Position numbers and translations under genes: made by a program. Of a DNA stretch of 64,000 bases, positions 1 through 12,915 are shown one piece after another. The notes under the pieces were generated by a model. The model did not search any database. It was given only the letters and a program-made list of their open reading frames with translations, and was not told the origin of the DNA. The first letter of the stretch is position 1; each line of letters opens with the position of its first letter. The stretch spans positions 29,576,001 to 29,640,000 of the forward strand of contig CM119372.1 of the NCBI GenBank assembly GCA_051294905.1, in the 5' to 3' direction. The DNA is from Botryllus schlosseri. Lineage: Eukaryota.

Positions 1-912
1 GTCAACGTTTTCGTATGACTTGACTTGACTCAAGTCACTTTGCTAAAATGACTTGACTTGACTTGACTCGGCGTATCATAAATGTGGATTGACTCGTGAC
101 TCGGAGCAAAATTCACGAGTCAATTTCAAGTCATCTAGTAAGCTGTGACGATAAAAATCAATGTATCTTGCATATGTTCGGGTTGTTCGCGAGACGCTGG
201 TGTAACCCGTGAGAGCGACCAATCACTCAATGATCGTGCGTTTTACTGAGCCTCCATTGTTCTCTCACAAATAAATAGACCGCAAACGAAGTGATCTAAG
301 CTTACATCTCACGTCGTCGTAAACTAGTATAGTGAAGTAATATAGCAAAATGTCTATTTCTGTTCTCTGTTCTTACGTTAACCAAACCTCTTGTATTATT
401 GAAATTGATTTCGAATATAGTTTATATAGTCCTCAACCATTGGCGCAGGCTCGAATTGTATCATATCAACTTGTAAATGGGTAATGCGTTGCATCTTATC
501 AATTCGTTTCTCCATTCTCTATTTTGGCTGGTAACTATAGACTGAGGCTATGCCATTACTTACGTAGTTTAGCAGTTCTACGTATATGTAATCGATACAG
601 CGCCTTATTGCGTGTATATTTAACTCTATATTCGGTCATCGGTTCAAAATCAATGACCACTCGTCAATCTGTAAACCAGACAGCTAGCAAAATGCAATGA
701 CGTAATCATACCTCATACTTCGAAAAGGCAACTTGACTTGAATTGTGACTTGACTCGTGACTCGACTTGACTCGAGTCACCTCCAAAATCGAGTGACTGG
801 ACTTGACTCGAGTCATCTTCGAAAATCGATTGACTTGACTTGACTCGAGTCGAAATGTGCAATGACTCGAAATGACTCGTGACTCGAAGGTAGTGACTTG
901 ATCCCAACACTG
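1..912 (+). mobile_element. hAT-type MITE, family A (GACTT/GACTC subterminal repeats), left end outside window
   Basis: Ends in TIR atcccaacactg (912). Subterminal gacttgactcgagtc arrays at both ends. Homologous to the complete copy at 35385-36329 (opposite orientation) and to 63291-64000. Confidence 0.9.
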
Positions 913-1239
913 ATATCAAGTGTAAAATCAAATTCAACTCAATTTTATTTCAAATTGTTCCACTGTGATAATCTATGGAAATAGTATATTGAGTATAAAA
1001 CGCCCTGATTATTCACATATGGTGATTTGCGATTTTTTGGTGATATTTGTTGATAGGTTTCAAGATACACAATTTTAATATGAATATATTATTCACCTTG
1101 TAATTAGATTTCTGTTGAGTGAATCTGATGTGGTTTTTGATGTTCGATGATCGTCCCGTGCGAATGCGTAATTTCAAGTAGAACCGCAGAAGAAAACTGG
1201 ACTATTGTTTAGCAACACGTAGACAGGCCAATATTGTAT

Positions 1240-1790
1240 TCCTTTATAAAGTGACATAGTAACTATGATACATTCTTTAAATCGAGTGTATTGTATAGTA
1301 CTGTCTTGCGCAGCGCACATCCTGCATCCGCGGAAGTTGAGTAATTGTATGTATCCTGATACTTTGATATCATAAAATATAGGCGTTGTTGCCCGCAGCA
1401 TGCCTGGTATGGATAATGTACTCTTTTATATGGTGACATAGTAACTATGATACCTTCTTCAAATCGAGTGTAGCTCGTTTAGTGCAGTGTAGTGTAGTGC
1501 GGTCTTGCGTATCCTACTTCCGGCATCTGCGGAAGTTACTTTTTAATTGTGTCAATCTTAACACCTTGACATTATAAAATAAAGACGTTATTTCCTGCCG
1601 CAGGCTTGATATGGATATTGTACTCTGTGGTGACATAGTAGCTATGATGCCTTTTTCTAATCGAATGCAATGAATAGTGCAGTCTTGCGTATCGTACTTC
1701 CTGCATCTGCAGAGGTTTCGTAATTGTACGAATCTTGATACCTTGATATCATAAAATGAAGGTGTTGTTGCCTGCAGCATGCCTGGTATA
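1240..1790. repeat. Three diverged tandem units of about 180-200 bp
   Basis: The motif gtgacatagta(a/g)ctatgat recurs at about 1251, 1433 and 1630, and the units stay similar downstream. Confidence 0.75.
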
Positions 1791-2218
1791 GATGTGCCTG
1801 GGATCGGGTGAATTTTAAAACGTTACTTCATAAGTTTCCTTGACATAATTCCCTGTAATGGAAGTAGTATGTAATCGCAATAACAGGATAGCATAGTTGC
1901 CATTGACATTTATCGTAAAAGTCGGCTGATTAGGCTACGATACCAAATTTCGAGTCTGTTGCACGTCACTGTGACTATACCTTCCAGTAGCCCACATTTA
2001 ATTTCGACTCATCGAAAATTTCGGTCTTGAAACAACCGACGCCATAGTAGATAAATATGTGACCTAAAACATTATAATGCCCCCTCCCCTCAATCGCCGC
2101 CCTGTTTCTCAAAACCGCACACTGGGGGCGATATCGCTCACGTTGGTAACCACTGCAATACATGTTTCGACCGATGCGATGCGATCGATAGGGGTTTCAA
2201 GGCTTCCACAGTCGAGGT

Positions 2219-3217
2219 CAGTGGTTCCAAACCTTTTTCGGTGTGGGAGACGTATTTCAAATTTCATAGGGTTTGGAGTCGCACGAATACACTCATTAGG
2301 AATAACAAAAAAGATAAAGGACGAAAGCACATACCAACGAATAGCAACACTAAGAAGAAAAAATCAATTTAATACCCAACTTGGCATTGGCTTTGCGCTT
2401 CAAGAAGTGTATCAAAGCGAGGTGTAATTGCAGAGAATGCAGTGCACAGTAGCTGCTTGAGGTGGTCATCGGTCAATCGATTGCGATACTGATTATTGAT
2501 TCTGACCATTTTGCTAAAAAGTGCCTCACATACATTAGTTGATCACAATAGAAATCGTTTTTCTGGGCATTGGTTATCAAGTTGGGATACGTTGCCTCCA
2601 GAATTTGACTCCGAAATTCAAGTGAAATCTTCACTTTTTAATGATTGCTTGATCTAAATATCTGACTGCATATCTAGCATCTCAAGTTGAAAATTACTAG
2701 GGGCAGTGGCCACGTTATATCCAGTAGGATTTGAAAACATTTTTATCGCGGGCAAGAAAGCATTCATTCCGTCAATGCGGCGCTTGAACTCATCAATAAA
2801 ATTGCTGATAAGCCTGTTGTATGCATCAAATGATCCATTGGTTTGATGGTCAGATACCGTTGGAAAAGGTGTTGTAACACCACGTGCACTTGAGTGTGGT
2901 GGTGAACTGAATTAAATTTGAGTGCCACATTTTAGTGTGAGTATACTTTTTGGCGTGAGTTGAGTAACGAAATCATTGACAACGATTCGTTGCTGAGTAG
3001 AGAATCGCTACTCGATAGAAGAGGAACTGGTCTCCACTCTTAATTATAAACTCCAGACTCCAAGCCAAGCAAGAGCAATTTTTGAATAGGAATTTAATTT
3101 TTCTGTTATAAATGGATTTTTTAATATTTTTGTTGTATGTTGAAACGTCAATGGGAGCCGCAAGAAGGGTAACTGAGAGCCGCATGCGGCTCTCGGAGCC
3201 GCGGTTGGGAATCAGTG
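2219..3217. mobile_element. hAT (Charlie/Buster-like) non-autonomous element
   Basis: Termini cagtggttccaaacc...ggttgggaatcagtg; gagccgcatgcggctc palindrome; imperfect 8-bp TSD gtcgaggt/gtcaagat. Partial second copy at about 56078-56595. Confidence 0.75.
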
Positions 3218-4256
3218 GTCAAGATAGTACCGAAACTCTAATTATCGTTGTTAAATTGACTATTAATGGCAGGAAGGGTATAATTTCAGTACTCGGTAAA
3301 ATCATCTCTCACTATTTGACACGAATCATTGGAATTAAAAGGGAACTGCGCTCTAAAAATGATGTGGTCTCAAATTGAAACACAGATGGACATAAAATGT
3401 TTTGGCCACAGACATTTTCTACAGAACGCCACCGTTATGTAGATGCAATTAAATGACTTTTGATAAGGCCGTCCCTCTCCAGCTGCCGCGGCTGCGCTTT
3501 GTCGTTGCTTAACCCGTTGCAAAACTTCTGGCGCGATATCTTTACTGTCGCATTTGTCGGTGCCTCATCCTTCAAGATTGCTGCTAGTAAGTGTGGATAT
3601 ACTATGCCAGGAATCAGGAACGTATGACTGGCAGTCCATATAGAACTCTTTCGGTGCATTGGCGTAGCCAGGAGGCGGCGAAATGGACCATTGTCCCTCC
3701 CAAATTTTCGTAATTAATATAAGGTAGAGTAATTTTGAGCAGACGTACTCAACTTGAAAATTTTCTTCGCTGCCCGCAATATATACTTTCAGTAGCTTTT
3801 TGGTTGTTGAATACTCGTCTTTCATTAAATCAAAATAACAGCTAGGTCCAAAAAATGCGCATGATGTACAGAATTGAATGTAACTGTGTTCGTGTGTGCT
3901 GCTTGCGGTTGCAGGACCATTAGGCACCAGCTTTTCAGCGCCGAAAATACACTTAAGGCCTGTAGGTTTTAGCCAACTCGGAAGTGCGATCCCAGAATGA
4001 TCGCCGGCGATAGAAGCGTGACAGAAGATCGCGTGGGATGGCCTTGTCCTTGCAACCTGAATCCTGCGGTGTGAATGCGAGCAGCGGTGATAAATATTGC
4101 GCCCCTTAAATAAATGCAAATTGAGAATCGTGCTCATATCACCGAATACATTTCTCTTTTATTTGGTTGTAGTAGGCCTACTTGTGAGCGATCTTGTAAG
4201 TCATGAAACAACACTATTCTTCAAATACGTAAGTAAATACAAGTGGCCCGTCTGAC

Positions 4257-5424
4257 TAGGACCGTAACTGCCGCCCCCCAAACCTCCCAATTGGGGGGGG
4301 GGGCGAGGTCGAAGGGGCCCAAAATTAATTCGTAAATTAGCATAAATGATAGACGTTATTTTGGAAATCCATGCGACTTACGCGCGATTTACTGTTGCCA
4401 GAGATGTGGCTTATTGGGTACCCCCTCCTCCGCAAAAAAAGCAGACGTGATTTATACAAATGGGCATTTCAGCTTCGGCAATTACCGCGCCACGACGCAC
4501 CAAGACTTATACAGTTTTAGGCCATGTAACATGCGACTTCAAGAAGTGAGCCCTTATGCTGACCGAAAACTTCGAGGCCCATTGTTCCCTCTAAGCTGCG
4601 CGCATGCGCAATTGCGCAGTGCTGACACGGTCTCTGCGCACAGAAAATCTAAGCTGCTCACAAAAAAGCCGAAGTGACGACCCTTTTCTTTATTCAACAC
4701 CACAAAATTAACGTGAAAACCTGTGTATTTCGGCAGTCCAATCAAAGTGATGGCCTTTTTTGTCGTTCCAATGGACCGCGCAGTAAGTTGGTGAGTGCGA
4801 GCAGACTCGTGAAAAATTATAGGGAGCATTGCATAGGCCTGTTTGTATAATTTTCCATAGGCGCCTAAATGGTTAGCTCTTCCTGTCCTGGCAATCTAAT
4901 CCCCACAAGACAAATGCCTACTCGCAAGGATAATTTAATTGAAGTACAGAAATACCAATTTGACATCATGTGCATGTGCGTTTGGCCGATTTCAATATCT
5001 TTTGACATAGCAGACAGGAGGTCACGAAACAACATCATGTAATGAAGTTATTATACCGCCGGAATATGTTTAATTATTATTTACGGGCCCTGCAGTTTCC
5101 AAGACCCCTCATTCAGATCTACCAGAAAATCATGATTACGTGAGCAGGGAGGATAAAAAATGGATAGCAACGTATATGCAATTCCCGATCATAATGACCG
5201 ATTCAATCATAACTGTTGAAACTTGTCGCGCTCGGCGCGTTTAGGCGAAGCAATGCGTCTCACCAAACAGTACAATAAATGTCGGTGACAAGTCGCGGCA
5301 AACACGACTCACCTAATGGAGGCCTGGGAGCCGGAGCCCCCCCCCCTAGAATTTCAGTGTATCACTCTATAGGGGGCCAAGACCAACGTTTGGGGGGGGC
5401 TGACGAAGTGCTGTTACGGCCCTG
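4257..5424 (+). mobile_element. hAT-type MITE, family C (cagggccgtaac TIR), with a nested small MITE at 4580-4831
   Basis: Termini taggaccgtaactg...gttacggccctg; homologous to 22490-23789. The nested cattgttccct...agggagcattg element matches 62988-63166. Confidence 0.8.
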
Positions 5425-5436
5425 AAAACATATAGC

Positions 5437-6316
5437 GATCGCGGGTATGTGTCAAATTGTTGGTTTTCGAATCACCGTCTGCGACGGTTCTGTTATTCGT
5501 TACTTATTACTTAATAGTAAAAAACTATCAACATATTACACTCTGGCGATTGGAATGTATGTAAGAACAAGTCGCGAGAGGTGGCTATGTCTTAGGTGTT
5601 ATCTTGTGAGCGATCGCGGGGTTTGTAATATATTTCACACCTATTTGAAGTGTTGGTTTGTGAGCGTGGTTATTGTTGATATTCGAATCGCCGTCTACGC
5701 CAGCTCTGTGGCACACTAATTACCAAAACATTACCTTGCAAGTGATTCCTAGATTTAGCAAACTATTTCACACCCTTTTTGCTGAAAGTACGACATGCCG
5801 CCCGCAGTTTATACCCGAAAGTACGAATCATCGCCGCGCCCGTAAGAATAACGATATATTGAAGTCGCATTCACCGTAAACGTTGGGATTAACTCGAATT
5901 GGTCATATATAATAGTTTGGGATATACACAGTTACTAAGGACCAACCACGTGACTATTTACCATACCTGATACATATTCAACACCGTGCGAGAGATGCCT
6001 ATACCCGAAAGGGCGATTCACGACCGCGCCCATAAGAACACATGGCGAATAAGCAGAGACCCCGTAAGAATACACGACAGGCGAATCACCGCCACAGCCT
6101 ATAGCAAAAAGGGCGAATCACCACCCCGAGTTTTCACGCCGAATCACCACCACGGCCTATACCTGAAAGGGCGAATCACGACCTCACCCATAAGACGCAA
6201 TGGCGACCCACCGCGGAGGGGTCTAAAAAGGCGAATCAGCACCACGAGTTTCCAGGCGAATTACCGCCGCACCCATAAGAAACAATGGCGATGTGCCACC
6301 GATCTACTATACTACT
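5437..6316. repeat. Dispersed repeat ending in an array of short GC-rich units and a terminal actact
   Basis: 5437-5980 is homologous to about 11270-11830. 5990-6300 has repeated gcgaatcacc and cctatacctgaaa units, similar to 33260-33478. Confidence 0.6.
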
Positions 6317-7479
6317 AACATATGTCAACTCCGTCCTGTTCTACTCGAAGAGGAACCAATAAGTACATTACCAACGTTTAAAGGATCAGGAGAAACATTT
6401 GTTCGTGATACCACAAAAGGAATGTAACTTACAAGCTACGTACTGCTGATATGAAAAATGAAAGTATTGTATGATATTGCATAGGGTTACCATACGTCCT
6501 CTTTTAAGAGGATTTGTCCACTTTTTTGACTTTTTTGAAAGTGTCCTCCGAGGACGCCCTTTTGTCCTATTTTTTGAGAATTTAGGTCATATTTATAGTA
6601 GAATGCGACTGATATGCCGTAAATCAGCACCGAAATGACGCTCCGGCGGGTATTTCGAGAGCCGGGCGGGAAGTTGACTTTTTTATTTAATATTTTTTTT
6701 TTATTTAGTCAACCACCTGTCAATGTGGAGTAAAAAACGGGATTTTGGGCGCTGAGGCGAGAAAGTTGACCTTATTTTTTTTTTATTCAGTCAAGGGTTG
6801 TATGTGTAATGATTGTTCGTTGCTATTATGATGGTACCGTTATTTCTAGCACCGACTTCGTGAAATGAACACTTTGTGGACACATGACAATGCATGCTTC
6901 TTCTTGTCTGAACCGGCTGCTGTGGGGACGCAGAAATTAAGCTGTCTAAAAACTATTGCGCATCTCTTTACATCGATTATATTAGGAAGTCTTCCACAAA
7001 CTCAGTTGATAGCGGGCTAAATTAATCACCTAATTCACTAAATATGAAGATGCCGCTATCCATGTTAAAACCGTCGTTATCGATTATACGGGCACTCCAA
7101 AACTTGTCCGGACTGAACATCGCAAACTGACTCGATATGCACTGATTGGTAGCCTATATGAACGAATGACGTTACGCCGACGTACGCTCATACCCCTTAC
7201 TCGGATTGAATGTAGGCGGTGGTCTAATATAGATTATAGCCTATTTACCAGATATCATTTTCATTTTGGGCAGTAGTGAAACTATTTTTGGGTAGATGGA
7301 ATACTTGGCAATCTTGTGCGAGGTCAAAAGATTGTCGAACATTTGCCAAATCTTCTCACATCCTTATTTGTACTTAACCATACCCTTCATAGTTTAGGAC
7401 TATATTTTAAAACTAGTGTATTTTTATAGAATTAGTGTTATTTGGTTGGCAAATCTGGTGATTTTTTCTCGAACCTCGA

Positions 7480-7681
7480 GCAGACTTGTGCAAACTACTG
7501 GATTTTCAAAAATCACAAATAGAACTATAACTAGAACTACTCAATTTTTAAAACTCGCATCACTAGAACTAGAACTACCCGATTTTCAAAATTCGCAACT
7601 AGAATTAGAACTAAAACTACTCAGAAAACCGTTAGTTAGTTGACCATCAACAAACCAAATGGGTAGTTTGTACAAGTTTTC
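7480..7681. mobile_element. Small MITE with AACTAG internal repeats
   Basis: Imperfect TIR cagacttgtgcaaactac...gtagtttgtacaagttt enclosing aactagaactagaacta arrays. Confidence 0.6.
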
Positions 7682-8331
7682 CCGAGTAGCTTTACTGGTA
7701 GACCTACAGATTACAACATACTTGATATGCATACATGTGGTAGTCTTCTGTTTTGTGACTCACTGAAAATTAGGGGTTCTCCGAAGACTTTTAGATTAGC
7801 GTAGGGCAGACCTGGGCATTCTACGGCCCGGGGGCCGAATACGGACTATATGTGGGAAGTGCGGAGAACATTTTGAAGAAAAATAAAATCCGTCCCGAAA
7901 GATTGTAATGCACATCAATGCATGATTATTATAATGCACATCAAATCATTTAGCGTGCTATGAAAAATCATCTTGCGTGCAGGGGTAGCCGATTCCTGGC
8001 GTATTCATAATAAAGTTGCTATTACATTAGTTAATTTAGGTCGGGATTATGACAGATGACCGCAATTCTGTAATCTGACCTCTTTATGTATTACATAGGA
8101 AGAACAATTTGACTGTATTACTGAATTTGTAGAAATTTACTTCGATCTCGTCCTTTTCCTTAGTGGGAAAGTTGCTCTCCGGATTATGTGAGATTTTCCA
8201 CATTTACTGTGAATAAAAAATATAATATATAAATACCAATATCCATGTCATTCTTATTAGTAGGGAAGTTTTTGTAGCTTTTGCAACTTTTTTTACAGCT
8301 TCCGGAAGCTTCCGAAATACCCAGAATTTAT

Positions 8332-9168
8332 GGCGCTTCTTCGATATACGCCCCAGATCGAAACAGTGTTTCACATGTCACCAGCAAGTGTTTCCCATGG
8401 ACACGATCAAAGTTTATAAACGTCAAAATAAATTGTTTTTTTTTGCCTGTGAAGAGACGGATATTAGGGTTGGATGTGGGTCAGGGTCAAAGTTGGTGTT
8501 AGGGTATCCCAAGATTAGGGTTGGGGGAGGGGTATAAAGGTTGGAGGAGAAGAGGATATCAGGGTTGGGGGATATTAGGGTTGGGGTAGGTGGATATTAG
8601 GGTAGGGTTAGGGTATTCCAAGATTAGTGCTGGGGAAGGGGGATATTAGGGTTGGAGGTGGGTTAGGGTCAAAGTTGGTGTTAGGGTATCCCAAGATTAG
8701 GGTTGGGGGATGTTATGGTCGGGAGAGTGTGGGATATTAGGGTTGGATATCGTGTCCCTCCAAACCTATTCTTGGGTTACCCTAACTCTAAACCCATCCC
8801 CTAACCCTAACTTTAAACCCATCCCCTAACCCTAACACAGCTCTTACCCTAACTCTAAACCCATCCCCTAACCCTAATACCCCCCTCTCCTCCAACCCTA
8901 ATATCCATCATTCCTCGAACCCTAATATCATTCCTCGAACCCTAATATCCTCCCTCTCCAACTCTAATATCCCCCTCTACAAAACCCTAAAATCCTCCCT
9001 CCCCAGTCCTAATATCCCCCTCTCCTCCGACCATAATATCCCCCTTCCACAACAAAGGGAAGAAATAATTTATTTTGACGTTTATAAATTTTATTGTGTT
9101 CATTTGAAACATTTGTTGCTGTCATGGGGAGCACTGTTTCGATCTGGGGCGTATATCGAAGAAGCGCC
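8332..9168. mobile_element. Foldback/MITE with telomere-like TTAGGG/CCCTAA internal arrays
   Basis: Perfect 37-bp TIR ggcgcttcttcgatatacgccccagatcgaaacagtg with imperfect extension inward; exact 8-bp TSD gaatttat (8324-8331, 9169-9176). Left half G-rich, right half C-rich. Confidence 0.9.
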
Positions 9169-9471
9169 GAATTTATGTAGTATCGTGTTTTAAGCAGTTT
9201 AAAGAAGTTTCATACTGAAACTTTTTGCAACTTTTTCTGTCTTTTCATGCAACTTAATACCGCAACTTTTATCAAGTATTGTTAACCAAATGTAAATACG
9301 TGATTTAAAAAACATGCAAAAAACTAATTTCATTGTGGTCCTCTCTTTCATTTGCTCTACAAAGAGTTATGTGATGCATATCCAATGTTATCTATGACGC
9401 AATGACTTGCAAGCTAGAAGTTCAAAAACCGCAGCCTAGCACGACAGTGCCTTAACTATATATAAATAGAT

Positions 9472-9690
9472 TAGGGTTGCCATGAGTCCGAAATTTTCAG
9501 GACATGTCCGGAATTTCACTGTTCAAACTGCGTCCAGGAGAAATTTCTAAAATATGCCTAAATGTCCGGAATTTGAAGGATTGACGTGGTCTCATAATTT
9601 TTCGTAAATCAACATAATAACATTAATTTTGGGAAGAATTATGCGCGCGATTTACTATCACATATATTGATTTTAATATGGGGACTACCA
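9472..9690 (+). mobile_element. hAT MITE fragment, family D (tagggttgccat TIR, tccgga repeats)
   Basis: Matches the left end of 38826-39799 and 39802-42212. Confidence 0.7.
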
Positions 9691-10689
9691 CCCCGGTGGG
9701 AGGGTGGTCGCATGCATTCAACAGTCGCAATCGCAAGATGTATCGTTGTAGCTAACGCAAAAAGACTGTGATGACACCACCCATGGGTAGAATATTTAAA
9801 AAATGTATTCATTACCATGATTCAGAGGCTATTTCACGCGTTTCTTTCACAATTTAGCTCATGATAGTGGTGGAATATTATCCTTGAACTACTTTCTACT
9901 TCACAAAACCCGGTTGCAAATGTAATTAGTTCATCCAGAATACTGTTCAGGTAGATTTTTAAGTAGTTGTAAAACGTTATTACTTCAGTAAGTACTGCAA
10001 GTAGCCCAAATCAACTTGAGTACCTCGCAAAAGTAGAAATATTCAACATATATAATATCTCAATAACGTGACGCGATGGAGCAAAAATAACGCCAGATTC
10101 GTTTTCAGCGCCCCCAAATTAGATTTAATAGACCCAAAGAAATCCTGGCGCAAAAATCGTGTAGCCCAGTGTTATCAATCACTTTTACAGTACAATAATG
10201 AAATATGAAGAATACAACTGAGATTCATATGGATTGTTGAATGTGGTGCTTGTACATGTACAAGCTTGGTTTGTATACTTTTCATACGGATACTCTTAGA
10301 GTTGGGTGGGCTACAAACGGATTTTCTTGACAATGTTTTCGTGATTGACTCTTTGGAGTAATGTAAGATGTTGAAATGTCGAGACGACTAGAGTTTGCAT
10401 TTTCAATTTCGACATAAATAACTGGTTCGTTAATAAAGTTGTAGGATCTCATGAGTTGTCATTATTCAAATCAAAATTTGAATATTACGGAGAAACAGAA
10501 ACACTATTCGCGTTCGCCAGGATGAATTATTCAAGTTTACAAATTGTATTGACATAATCAAGTAAGTGAAAATTGGATTAAACACTTGTGAATATTGTTG
10601 TGATTGACTTTTTTGAGCGTGGTAATATATACTAGCGATTACATTTCCAGCTATGAGAAAAATAAGTCCGACCGAGGTCGACTTCCGAA

Positions 10690-10899
10690 TTCCAATACCT
10701 AAGTGTTGGGGGTTTACCTAGGCTCCTCCTCGCCACCTCATCCGCGTCAGCGGTGTCTTACAAAAATCCTAGAGGTGTGCCGTGCTATAAGTCGGCAGTT
10801 ACGGAAAAATACGAAGAATATCGGCCTGGTGTAAATGACCATAGTAGTCGACAAGCACCATGAATACACCAAAAACAAACAAACAAATAAACAAATAAA
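10690..10899 (+). mobile_element. SINE 3' portion with (CAAA)n tail
   Basis: Core gccgtgctataagtcggcag, then ggcctggtgtaa-tgacc...gtcgacaa and a caaa tail. Reverse copies at about 55876-55980 and 32610-32685. Confidence 0.65.
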
Positions 10900-12489
10900 G
10901 TTGTAGGAGTTCATGAGTTTGCGTGTTTCAAATCACTATGTGAACATTACAATTGAGAAACGTTATTCGCAATAGCGGAAAGCACAGTAGCGTGTTTACA
11001 GACTTTGAATAATATTATCTTGATGTCAAGGTGACGAATTAACGCATTCGACTACAATTCAACTTATGTGGTGTAGTGAGTTTGATTGCGAAAAGGATTA
11101 ACCTCGCAAAGGATTAGGGTTAGAACAGAAAGTGTCAAGTTGTTGGTTTTCGAATCTTGATTTCAAGGTGACAAAATAACACATTCGAGTATGATTCAAA
11201 TTTAGTTACGCTGTGAGTCGTGAAAAGAATTAACATCACAAAGGGATTAGGGTTAGAACAGAAATATGTTACAATTTGTTGGTATTCAGGTCACCGCCGT
11301 GGGCGGTTCTGTTATTCGGTACCTATTATACTTATTATTCTTATTATATCTTACCAGTGGAAGCGGGTTCTGTGACCCACTAATTACCAAAATATTACCT
11401 TCGCGAGCGATCGACATGTCTGTAACACCAAGTCACGAGAGATAGTTATATCTGAGGCGTTATCTTGTCAGCGATCACAGGATTTGCAAGCTATTTCACA
11501 CCTATTTGAATAAGTGTTAGTTCGCGAACGCAACTATTGTTGGTTTTCGAATCACCGTCTACAACGGTTCTTGCGAGTAATTCTAACCTCTGTAACACCA
11601 AACCAAGAGAGATTAAGCAAAATATTTCTCACCTATTTGAATAAGCGTTGGTTCGCGAACGCGCCTATACCTGAACACGGTAGCATGCAACCACGCCAAT
11701 AAGAGTAAGGATATATTGATGTCACTCTCACCGTTAATGTTAGGATTGACTCGAATCGGTCATATATAATAATCTGGGATTTATGCACTAAGTATGTACT
11801 AATCACGTGACTGTTTTCTATACTTGATAAGAGCTTCTTGGAGGTACAGAACTTCAATATACAATTGAATACTATATTCATATTGAAATGAACCCGAATA
11901 TTTTCGGCTGACACTCGTCAGGGGTAATCGTCAGCAACTAGTAGAGAATTGGAAAGAACATTGTATATCAACAATCGTATCACAAAATATGACGTCACCA
12001 GCATGAAAGAGAGAGCGTTCAATATCCTATTTTTAGGTGGTACACGAACTCCTTTTGTTGACAGAGTTTTGGTTGGTGTATTTTGATAAAAGTCGACTCC
12101 AAGGCACACAAATGGAATTGTGAACGGCCCCGCCCAATGATTCGAAATCGGTCGTCTCGATAGTTATTCGCACAAATCGGATTATCCAACAGATGTTTGC
12201 CGATGGCAGAATTAATGGCCTTTGATCGATCAGCATCAATCTTAAGCGGATTAGTTAAGGGTGAGCTTTTCTGGTGCCGCCCCTGGCTCTCGCCTAAAAT
12301 GACGCCCCTGCCTCCCCCCCCCCTAAGTAGATCGCAGCAAATTTCGACATATATTCATGTTCAAGCAACCTTGTCAATAAAAATAATTACAAACAATAGG
12401 CCGCGTCTTCGCCTCACCATCTCAACGTTAATAAGGCCAAAAATTATAAAGACAAGAAATAGCGAACGATTGTATTGTGCAAATAGAAA

Positions 12490-12648
12490 ATCAATAGCTG
12501 CCTCAAAGCAAAATCGGCGATAATATCCTCAAATTCAAGTTTTTGAACGTGGTCTCTTTTTATAGACAGAATGGATAGAGCTGATAACCGATCATCATTC
12601 ATGGTAGAACGTAAATAAGACTTAATCAGTTTGAGCTTTGAGTATCTC
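12490..12648 (-). pseudogene. hAT transposase C-terminal dimerisation-domain fragment (distal half of the host element split by the 17-kb insertion)
   Basis: Translates SKLKLIKSYLRSTMNDDRLSALSILSIKRDHVQKLEFEDIIADFA, the hAT C-terminal motif. Continues from the fragment at 29889. Confidence 0.88.
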
Positions 12649-12720
12649 AGTAGTGAGGATTGAATCGTTTGTTGCCGGCCAATCAGAGAAGGCCACGTCG
12701 CCCTAATTGCCACGCCTACA

Positions 12721-12915
12721 TTGCCACATCATCCGCCCATTGCCGCACCTATAGGACGCCCCTTGCCACATCATCCGACCATTGCCGCACCTATATGACG
12801 TCCATTGCCACATCATCAGCCGCGCTCACTGCCACATCATCTGCCACGTCATCTGTGCCACATCATCAAGCGCCATACCTATAGTGCCACATCATCCATC
12901 CATTGCCACATCATC
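12721..12915 (+). repeat. Subterminal GCCACATCATC array (8 units) of the left arm; mirrored at about 29620-29830
   Basis: Seven exact gccacatcatc units plus one gccacgtcatc. A CCAAT box (ggccaatcag) lies at about 12677. Confidence 0.85.

Noticed and set aside
8460..9050. Telomere fusion site or true interstitial telomere
   Set aside because: The repeats are degenerate and enclosed by TIRs with an exact TSD.
12660..12884. 74-aa ATSS-rich ORF, mirrored at 29653-29877
   Set aside because: It is the translation of the GCCACATCATC array.
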